NCBI GenBank assembly: GCA_044070495.1
Contig: JBIPSI010000033.1
Location: forward strand, 1 to 59,103
Direction: 5' to 3'
DNA length: 59,103 nt
Source: Spirulina sp.
GTDB lineage: Bacteria > Cyanobacteriota > Cyanobacteriia > Phormidesmidales > Phormidesmidaceae
Shown: one piece after another, positions 51,936 to 59,103 of the stretch
How the letters are laid out: every line of letters begins with the position of its first letter
Numbering within the stretch: position 1 is the first letter of the stretch
The notes under the pieces: generated by a model
What the model was told of the DNA's origin: nothing
What the model saw: the letters and a program-made list of their open reading frames with translations, nothing else
Database searches by the model: none
Program-made: the position numbers and the translations under genes

Positions 51936-52430
51936 CTAGCCTTGCAACAGGCTAACGAGGTGGGGAAGTTCCGGCAGAATCAGGGCATCCATCGCCAGCT
52001 TCACTGCTTTGCTTGATCCAGGTAGGGAAAACAGCAGCTTGCCTCGATACACCCCCGCCACCGCACGGGAGGCCATAGCCCTAGAGCCGATTTCCTGAAA
52101 GCTTAGCTGCCGGAACAGTTCGCCAAAGCCGGGAAGGGTTTTCTCTAGCAGAGCTTCGAGGGCATCGTAGGTGGTGTCGCGGGGGGCAATGCCGGTGCCG
52201 CCGTTGACGATCACCGCATCCAGATCATCCCGCTTGGCCCACTGCACCACCAGATCCCGAATCACCGCTGGCTCATCGGCCACAATGCAATAATCCGCGA
52301 TCTGGTGTCCCGCCTCCGTTAGCCCAGATTGAATCAGCGCCCCGCTTTGGTCGGTGTCTGGGGTGCGGGTATCGCTGACCGTCAGCACGGCGCAGCGCAG
52401 CGGACGCTCTAGGGGACGGGGGTGGGCCAT
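51936..52430 (-). CDS. MogA/MoaB molybdenum cofactor biosynthesis protein
   Basis: LTVSDTR, GGTGIAPRDTT, LPGFGELFR and LPGS. Confidence 0.93.
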   Translation of the reverse strand: MAHPRPLERPLRCAVLTVSDTRTPDTDQSGALIQSGLTEAGHQIADYCIVADEPAVIRDLVVQWAKRDDLDAVIVNGGTGIAPRDTTYDALEALLEKTLPGFGELFRQLSFQEIGSRAMASRAVAGVYRGKLLFSLPGSSKAVKLAMDALILPELPHLVSLLQG

Positions 52431-52453
52431 GGCTGGGTTTCCGAACCAATGTT

Positions 52454-52786
52454 CTAGCTCTTGGTGAAGCCGAGACCGTTTTGTTCGGCGTAGCGGTTCA
52501 TGAACCGCATGAAGCGATCCCAGTCGGCTTCGCTTTTCATCACGTAGATGGCCTCAATGCCAGCGGGTTCGCCGTTGATAAACTTGCCGTTCACCTCGCG
52601 AGTCACCAGTTCCCCCTCTTCGTCCACCAAGTACATCCCGGTCACTTCCACGCCGTTTTCGGAGAGGGCCTGGGGATAGTCAAAATAAAAGGTGGCGGTG
52701 CCGTTGGTGCCATCCTTGGCGCGGGTGAGGCGGACATCGGGGATCACGGGTTCGGCGATACCACGGGCAAATTGAATCTCGGCCAT
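52454..52786 (-). CDS. psb28: Photosystem II assembly factor Psb28
   Basis: [26 protein letters not shown] and [13 protein letters not shown]. Confidence 0.97.
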   Translation of the reverse strand: MAEIQFARGIAEPVIPDVRLTRAKDGTNGTATFYFDYPQALSENGVEVTGMYLVDEEGELVTREVNGKFINGEPAGIEAIYVMKSEADWDRFMRFMNRYAEQNGLGFTKS

Positions 52787-53204
52787 GCCAACGTTTCCTT
52801 GTAATCAATACATGAACTATCAATACATAGAATTGTAAACCGCTATCGCTGGTTGACTGACAAAACCGCTATCACTGGTGGCAAAAAGCCGCACCCCCAC
52901 GTTTTGCTCACCGACCTGGCCTACCAATACCGTCCCAGCCTTTGTCGGCTAGGACGCAGATGCACGGATGACGCAGCGGATCGCGCCCCAGGGCAAGACG
53001 GCGGTAACGCAGGCCCAACCGCAATCGCAAGATGCCCCAGGACGATTAGCGGATTGGATGACGCACCGTGGCTAGCCCATAACAGATCAACGCTGCGATC
53101 AGCCTGAGAGGGCGTTTGAAAAGGATTGTCTCAGGGGCAATGGGTCGCTAGATCGGCGTAAATCCTAAGGGATTTTTAACGACTGAGGAAGCAATCTACA
53201 CCCT

Positions 53205-53237
53205 AAGGCCCTCTCCCAACGTGGGAGAGGGCCTTTT
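53205..53237. terminator. Hairpin right after the nuclease stop codon
   Basis: AAGGCCCTCTCCCA-ACG-TGGGAGAGGGCCTT; related to the CCCTCTCCC repeat family. Confidence 0.65.
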
Positions 53238-53241
53238 GAGC

Positions 53242-56200
53242 CTAGAATTGGAAGTTGCTTGGTTGGGCGAGGGCGGCGGCGTCTACATCGAGGAAGGTGG
53301 CGAAGGGCTTGGCGGGTTTGGGGCCACTCAGTCCATCGGGGTCGATGAAGAGGGCGGCGCGTCCGCTGGCACCTTGGGGCCGAATTTGCACCAGCCCATC
53401 GCCGAGGGGATTTTGGCCGTTGTAGCCGAGGCTATCCAGCAGGTCGGTGAGCACCAGTTGGTCTTGGCCGATCTCGAAGTCGGTGATGAAATTCCCGGAC
53501 TGGCTGAGGTCGGTGTAGACGATGCGGTCTCGTCCGCCGCCCGTGGTGATGCGGTCGGGGCCACTGGTGCCGAGGATCAGGTCATTGCCGTCGGTGCCCA
53601 CTAGCACATCGCGCCGTGCCGTGCCCTGAATCAGGTTGGGGGCGGCGATGGTGAAGCGGGAGAGGATGGGGTCGTGGTCGCTGGCTTGTTGGGGGGTCAC
53701 CGCAAACTCGGTGTTGACATGGACGATGTCGTACTCGGCGGTGGCAGCAAGCCCCTGGCTGACCAAGATATGGTCGATGGCCTGGGAGTTGCCCTGGAAG
53801 ATAAAGGTATAGCGTTCGTCTTCGGGAAGGGTTTCCGTGAGGTTGATCAGCCCCGTGTTGCGGGCCAAATCGGCGACGGGGGAGACAAACTCAAACTCGT
53901 TGAGGTCGCCCAAAACCATGACGTTGGCGGCGGGGTCGCTCCCCAGGAGAGCGTTGACGTAGCCCTGCACCGCCTCGGACTGGGCCTGTCGCTCATCCAC
54001 CGAACCGTTGACCGTGGGATCTTCCTGGCGAGCTTCAAAGGGTTGCTGCACGCCCAAAATCGGCGCACTGCCGCCCTTGGAGGAGAAGTGGTTATTCACC
54101 AGGGTGATGGTTTCGTGGTTGAACTCGAAGCTGGCCACCAGGGGCAGCCGCGCCCCGGCAAAGGTCTCCCCGCTGCCCTGGCCACCGATGGTTTGCACAG
54201 AATTTTCCACCAGGCTGACCCGGTCGGGGTTGTACAGGTAGGCGGTGCGGATGTTGCCACCGGGCTGGCCACCGCTGGCCCCATCGGTGATGAAGGGGTT
54301 GTCAATGAAGGCGTAGGTGGGGCCTCCGGCGGCTTGGATGGCGGCGATCAGGGTTTGCAGGGTGAGATCCGCAGCAGTGACCCCGTCGTTATTGCTACCG
54401 CTGTTGTCCTGCACCTCTTGCAGGGCGATGATGTCTGGGCCGTTGAGGTTGGCGACAATCTGCTGGGCAATGGCGGCGAAGCGTCCGTCGGCTAGGTCGC
54501 GATCTCCGTCGTTATCGTTGGGGTCGAGGTTGAGGACGTTGTAGCTGGCCACCGTGAGGGTATCGCCATTGCTAACCAGGGTGCTCACCTCCGGTTGCAG
54601 GTTGGCGGATTGCAGGTTGTCGGCGAAGGGTTCCGTCACCACAATTTCGTAGTTGCCAAACCCATAGCCGACCACCCCCGTCACATCGCCCAGACGGTCG
54701 CCCACGTTGACCAGAGGGAAGACCACATCCGCCACGCCGCTGTCAAACTGAAGCTGCACCCGCTCAGGATTGAAATCGTCGGGGGAAATATTGAGGGTGC
54801 CTCGGTTGCTTAGCCCTGTGGCCTCGGCCCCGTTGTTGACCACGCCAAAGATTTCGTCAAATTGGTTAGTGCCGTTCACCACCCGGAAATCTTGAGCCGT
54901 CACCCGCATCCCTTCAATGGACTCGAAAAAGTCGATGCCATCGGTGAGGGGATCGAAGCTGGCAAAGGCGTCGTCGTCAATGATTTGGCTGGGGGGAATG
55001 CGCCCACCATTGCCGATCACAGTAGCCGCTGGCAGGGTGTTCCCCGACGAGATCGGGGTGACCTGAGGCGAGACAATCTGCGTTGTGGATAGATTGCCTG
55101 TGGATACCCCGCCAGGAGTAAACTCCGACACCGTGCCCTCCACCCGCAGGGCTTGGCCCACCAGAACCCCAGGGGCGCGGCTAGTGAACACAAACAGGGC
55201 ATCGGAGGTGGCGAGATCGCCGTCGCCATTGGCATCTTGCAGGTAAAAGCCGTTGCTATCCACAGCGGTCACAATGCCCGTGGTCGCCACGGTTTGCCCC
55301 ACCAGCGGGGAAATATGCCCGGCCCCCTGAATCGTGTAGATCGGGGTGATCTCCAGGGGCGGCGGCGGCACATCCACCAGGGCATTGGGGGCACCGGGGG
55401 TATTCAGGGCTTCACCTGCCTCTGGGGTATCGTTGATCTCTGACAGTCCGGCGAGGTCAAAGTCGTTGCGTACCCAGTCGGCGGCGGTGTCGGTGTCCTG
55501 GCCATCGGGCAAGCGGGAGGCCCCTCCCGGCACAAAGTTGATGCCATCGAAACCACGGGACAACACCGTGGAGGCATAGACCTGATCGCCACTGCCGCCA
55601 TCGTTAACCGCCACGCTATCCACCAGCACCGTCCAGGGGGTGAGGTCTAGCACGCCGTCGTTATTGGTGTCCAAATCTTGGTTCGCCGTGCCCGTAAAGC
55701 CCTCCACTAGCAGCAGGGTTTGGCTGCCGTTTTGGTAGAAATCTTCGAGAAATCCCGTCGTCCAAAAGCCACTGGCGTCGGTGGTTCCCAGGCTTTGTAC
55801 CGTGGTGACGCGTCCTCGCTCGCTGTTGCTGTCGCCCTCAATTTGCAGCAGGGTATAGGTGCTGTAGTTGGTGTTGGCGCTGCCCAGAATCTCAACGTAT
55901 TCGCGGGTGTCGGCACCGACATGGCTAAACACAAACTCGTTAATGATCGGCTGGCTGGGGCCACTGGTGCCGCCAAAACTTTGGCTGGTGTTGATGCTGC
56001 CGCTGGTGTTGGCGGTGGTGCTTACCCAGGTGAAGTCTTCGTAGGTGGTGCCGCTGCCCGTCAGTTGCAGGGAAGATCCCACGGATTCAGACCCCGTTTG
56101 GCTCACCCCAATGTTCACGCTGGTCATCCCTGCTGCTGGGCCACTCAGGGCCATAAACTGGCCTTCGTAGCTGAGGAACTGCACCACCTGACCCGCATTA

Positions 56201-56466
56201 TTCACCAGGGCAAAGCCATCGGGCGCACCATTTTGAAGCCCCGCAGCGGCAAAGGACAGCGTACCAAAGCCGTTCCCCTGATCCGCAATAACACCGCTCA
56301 GCGCCACCGTGGCATAGGGCGCACGCACTGAGTCTGCACCGTTGTACAGCACCAGACTCCAGCCTGTGAGATCAAAGCCCGCTGGCCCCGCAATTTCGAT
56401 AGATTCGCCCACGTCGGCACCGGCGTTATCGTAGTGAAATTCGTTGATAAAAACAGAGGTCGCCAT
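53242..56466 (-). CDS. Extracellular nuclease (ExeM/NucH-like: lamin-tail-like domains, OB fold, EEP domain, RTX-type tail)
   Basis: FINEFHYDN, IYTIQG, ASYNVLNL, ALQEVQD, LGDLN and ASDHDP, plus a C-terminal GGGRD/ITDF secretion-type tail. Confidence 0.88.
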   Translation of the reverse strand: MATSVFINEFHYDNAGADVGESIEIAGPAGFDLTGWSLVLYNGADSVRAPYATVALSGVIADQGNGFGTLSFAAAGLQNGAPDGFALVNNAGQVVQFLSYEGQFMALSGPAAGMTSVNIGVSQTGSESVGSSLQLTGSGTTYEDFTWVSTTANTSGSINTSQSFGGTSGPSQPIINEFVFSHVGADTREYVEILGSANTNYSTYTLLQIEGDSNSERGRVTTVQSLGTTDASGFWTTGFLEDFYQNGSQTLLLVEGFTGTANQDLDTNNDGVLDLTPWTVLVDSVAVNDGGSGDQVYASTVLSRGFDGINFVPGGASRLPDGQDTDTAADWVRNDFDLAGLSEINDTPEAGEALNTPGAPNALVDVPPPPLEITPIYTIQGAGHISPLVGQTVATTGIVTAVDSNGFYLQDANGDGDLATSDALFVFTSRAPGVLVGQALRVEGTVSEFTPGGVSTGNLSTTQIVSPQVTPISSGNTLPAATVIGNGGRIPPSQIIDDDAFASFDPLTDGIDFFESIEGMRVTAQDFRVVNGTNQFDEIFGVVNNGAEATGLSNRGTLNISPDDFNPERVQLQFDSGVADVVFPLVNVGDRLGDVTGVVGYGFGNYEIVVTEPFADNLQSANLQPEVSTLVSNGDTLTVASYNVLNLDPNDNDGDRDLADGRFAAIAQQIVANLNGPDIIALQEVQDNSGSNNDGVTAADLTLQTLIAAIQAAGGPTYAFIDNPFITDGASGGQPGGNIRTAYLYNPDRVSLVENSVQTIGGQGSGETFAGARLPLVASFEFNHETITLVNNHFSSKGGSAPILGVQQPFEARQEDPTVNGSVDERQAQSEAVQGYVNALLGSDPAANVMVLGDLNEFEFVSPVADLARNTGLINLTETLPEDERYTFIFQGNSQAIDHILVSQGLAATAEYDIVHVNTEFAVTPQQASDHDPILSRFTIAAPNLIQGTARRDVLVGTDGNDLILGTSGPDRITTGGGRDRIVYTDLSQSGNFITDFEIGQDQLVLTDLLDSLGYNGQNPLGDGLVQIRPQGASGRAALFIDPDGLSGPKPAKPFATFLDVDAAALAQPSNFQF

Positions 56467-56909
56467 CGGTCATCTTTCCTTCAAAACATCATGCATCGGC
56501 GGCATTTATCCGCGCCAAAACCGCCCCCCAGGACATCCCAGAGGGACTAGGCCCAATCGCCCAAACCTTCGGCCCAACCCAAACTAGGCCGCTAGACACC
56601 ACAACTTTTCCAGCACCGATAATTTCAGTGCCGCCAACCTATCGGTAGTTTTCAGGGTTGCAGATCCCAGAATTGGAACTGTCCGGGTCTTGCCCTAAGG
56701 GCATCACCACCGCAGGCCAAAATGTCAGTATTTCCACACAGAAGCTTAACAAACGCTTGGTAAAGCCCCCGTTAACAGGGCTTTAAGCCTGAACAGCTTC
56801 ACACAAACTTCATAGACTGCCTCGTGGAGCACTCTGCGAGTGACCAGGGGGATCGAGTTGCGGGAACGGAACTTGCAGCGGTTTTGGGTATTGCCTCAAT
56901 AAGCGCAGA

Positions 56910-57100
56910 AAATCTTAAGGTATCAGACACCCAGAGCGTCGGGTGTTTATACTGAAACTTTCTACCTAAGATCCCATATTCGGCGTTTAGGCTGAAATTT
57001 GTCCACCTAAGATCCCCGCAGGGGTATTTAGACCGACAGATTTCCACCTAAGATCCCGTATAGGGGTATTAGGCGGAAAATTTCCCTCTAATAAAGAGTT
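56910..57100 (+). other. Second attI region with no adjacent integrase; inverted copy of 122-312
   Basis: 191 bp, ungapped, about 15 mismatches by hand alignment. CCTAAGATCCC at 56965, 57006 and 57047. Ends in CTCTAAT-AAAGA-GTT|AGAT. Confidence 0.88.
56924..56953 (+). promoter_or_regulatory. Candidate cassette promoter (Pc-like)
   Basis: TATACT at 56948-56953 is conserved in both attI copies; weak CAGACA -35 hexamer 18 bp upstream. Confidence 0.4.
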
Positions 57101-59100
57101 AGATTGCTTAAGTTGCTGGTCAGGGCAGTTGTTGAAAGGTTATCTGTCGGTGCCGAAGATCAAGCCAAACTGATAAAAATTTGGCAGAGTAGAGAATGAA
57201 CAAATGAACTCTTGCTATGTCACCACTGAACCCGCCTCTTACCAAAGATGACTTTAATAATGCTTGTTGGCAGGATGTAGTCAACGGCAGTAAACGGAAA
57301 GATTGTCTCTCTTATGACAGTGCCTTCTGGAAGAAATCGCAAGAAGCACAAGAAGCAGGGAACCTTAGAGATCAAGCTGTGTTTGTAGTTCTGGCAGCAG
57401 TGACCAGTGCCGCAATTAAGCCAGAATCAACTGAAGAGTTTTTTGCTGATATTTTTAAGAATCTTACGGATGATCAGCTAGATTTCCTTGCTGATATTGC
57501 ACCCGAAATATCAGATCCTGAACTTCAAGCACGAGTAGCAGATATTCTTTGGATTAGGCGGCGTGATTATCGGATGGCTCAGCTAGCCATTCCTGCTTAT
57601 CTACAATCAGCAACCACTTTAGAAAACCCTGAACATTGGACTCACTGTGTTGACAGAATGGAACGGGCGCTACGATTAGCACGAAAAATCAGACACGAGG
57701 ATGAGGTTGTTTTTTCACATATAGAAGCAGTTCTTGATCGCTACAACGGGGAAGACCCTCTATGGTTATCTGCAAAGTTAATGGAGCTATTGCAAGAGTA
57801 TCGATTTGGAGATCCAGCCAAGTACGCAGCCCTTTCTGAAAAAGCTGCGATTTTAGCAGAATCAAGCTCTGATTGGCGTAGAGCAAGAACACTCTGGGGT
57901 ATTAAAGCTGTATGGCATCGCATGGAGAAGGACTACAGCAAGGAACTTGATGCTTCAATGTCAGCCGCTGAAACTTATGTTAAAGAAGCCCAGGCAGCCC
58001 TTACTAGAACTCCACCAAGTTACATGGTTGCATCGCACTTTTTACAACATGCTGTTGAGGCATTTAGAAGTATTAGAGGCACAAAAGAAGAAACAGTAGA
58101 TGCTAAAGCGAGAGCTGAGGAAGTTCATAAGCTTCTTCTTCAGTATCAAGAAGAGACTCGCAATGAAATGATTACCAGTTCTCACGAAATGGACATTAGT
58201 GAGTTGGTAGAGGAAGCAAGAAATCATGTCAGAGGCAAAGGCTTTCAGGAAGCTCTATTTGCTTTAGCTCTTTTGGGTGCCCCAACTGATGTCTCTCAAT
58301 TGAAGCAGCAAGTACAGCAGCAGGCTCGTGAGTTTGTAGCATCTCATCTTTTTCCTGTTGTAATGATGAATGAAATGGGCAAAGTTACTGCTCGTCAACC
58401 GGGTTCAGTCCTTTCTAGCAATCCTGAAGAAGCGGAGGCTGCAACTCGCTTTGAGATGTGTCGAAATGCTATTTACTATCAGAATCTGCAAGCTCAAGCA
58501 TATGTTGAGCCAGCTAGATATCAAATTAATCTAGAGCATAGTGTACGGCTAAATGATATTCTCTCAATCATTTCGCATAGCCCATTTGTTCCCCCTGAAC
58601 GTGAGTACCTTTTTGCCAAGGGACTATATGCCGGATTAACCGGAGATTTTTTCACATCTACACACATCCTAATTCCTCAAATTGAAAACTCCGTTCGTTA
58701 CATTATGTGGCGAAGAAGGATAATTACTTCGGGACTGGATGACTCTGGCATTCAGAATGAGCATAACTTGAATTCTACTCTCTACCGTCCAGAGATAACC
58801 TCTATCTTCGATGAGAATACGTTATTTGATTTGAAATGCCTACTGGTCGAACATGCTGGTAGTAACCTAAGAAATCGTATGGCTCATGGTCTAATTAATG
58901 ACGGTGAGTTTATGAGTCCATTGATGTCATATATCTGGTGGCTTACGTTGAGACTTTGTTGCTTGCCCATTTTGATACATCAGCAGCGCGCTGAGCAGTC
59001 TAATTCCAGTACCGACGCAATCTAACAACCCGGCTGGAGCGGACTGTTGAGCGATCTTGGTGGTGTTGCAAAAGTTGCGTACAGCCGCTCAGCCGGAACG
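57099..59100 (+). mobile_element. Integron gene cassette integrated at the second attI
   Basis: 5' GTTAGATTGC (57098-57107) is the exact reverse complement of GCAATCTAAC (59017-59026). Single ORF, low GC, terminal attC. Confidence 0.92.
57217..59025 (+). CDS. DUF4209-like protein with C-terminal HEPN-type motif
   Basis: 602 aa, helical; LIPQIENSVR...NLRNRMAHG (RX4H). The TAA stop lies inside the attC R'' box. Confidence 0.8.
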   Translation: MSPLNPPLTKDDFNNACWQDVVNGSKRKDCLSYDSAFWKKSQEAQEAGNLRDQAVFVVLAAVTSAAIKPESTEEFFADIFKNLTDDQLDFLADIAPEISDPELQARVADILWIRRRDYRMAQLAIPAYLQSATTLENPEHWTHCVDRMERALRLARKIRHEDEVVFSHIEAVLDRYNGEDPLWLSAKLMELLQEYRFGDPAKYAALSEKAAILAESSSDWRRARTLWGIKAVWHRMEKDYSKELDASMSAAETYVKEAQAALTRTPPSYMVASHFLQHAVEAFRSIRGTKEETVDAKARAEEVHKLLLQYQEETRNEMITSSHEMDISELVEEARNHVRGKGFQEALFALALLGAPTDVSQLKQQVQQQAREFVASHLFPVVMMNEMGKVTARQPGSVLSSNPEEAEAATRFEMCRNAIYYQNLQAQAYVEPARYQINLEHSVRLNDILSIISHSPFVPPEREYLFAKGLYAGLTGDFFTSTHILIPQIENSVRYIMWRRRIITSGLDDSGIQNEHNLNSTLYRPEITSIFDENTLFDLKCLLVEHAGSNLRNRMAHGLINDGEFMSPLMSYIWWLTLRLCCLPILIHQQRAEQSNSSTDAI

Positions 59101-59103
59101 TTA
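59020..59103 (+). other. Integron attC site
   Basis: ATCTAAC-AACCC-GGCTGGAGCGGACTGT...ACAGCCGCTCAGCC-GGAAC-GTTA: R''/L''/L'/R' with two extrahelical bases and an unpaired spacer. Confidence 0.95.

Noticed and set aside
52853..53107. 84-aa ORF between psb28 and the nuclease gene
   Set aside because: TTG start, no RBS or motif; probably spurious.
56799..57047. 82-aa ORF across the second attI as a possible intI remnant
   Set aside because: It translates the repeat region itself and shows no similarity to IntI.
122..57100. One giant transposon with 191-bp terminal inverted repeats
   Set aside because: No transposase or target duplication, the interior is core genes, and the ends are GTT cassette junctions.

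Overview
A 59.1-kb, high-GC cyanobacterial chromosomal segment, probably from a filamentous Leptolyngbya/Nodosilinea-like organism (inferred from psb28, ndhB, nblS, cikA and sigF). Most of it is ordinary core genes, with decayed accessory fragments and REP-like palindromes between them. The notable feature is integron architecture at both ends. Left end: an intact integron integrase (intI, 338-1309), a divergent attI region made of four phased ~41-bp palindromic units, an ORF-less first cassette, and an attC cut off by the window edge. Right end: a ~92%-identical, inverted 191-bp copy of the same attI region (56910-57100) with no integrase beside it. This copy has nevertheless captured a bona fide low-GC cassette (602-aa DUF4209-like protein with a HEPN-type RxxxxH motif, followed by a canonical attC). 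The simplest reading is one integrase with two outward-facing attI platforms, which also bracket ~57 kb of housekeeping genes as a potentially invertible segment. Other points: an internally deleted IS200/IS605 tnpB element that keeps both ends and the omegaRNA region just upstream of a Crp-family gene, an unannotated 59-aa protein with an internal repeat, and recurrent 14-16-bp tandem duplications. All calls were made by eye; no searches were run.
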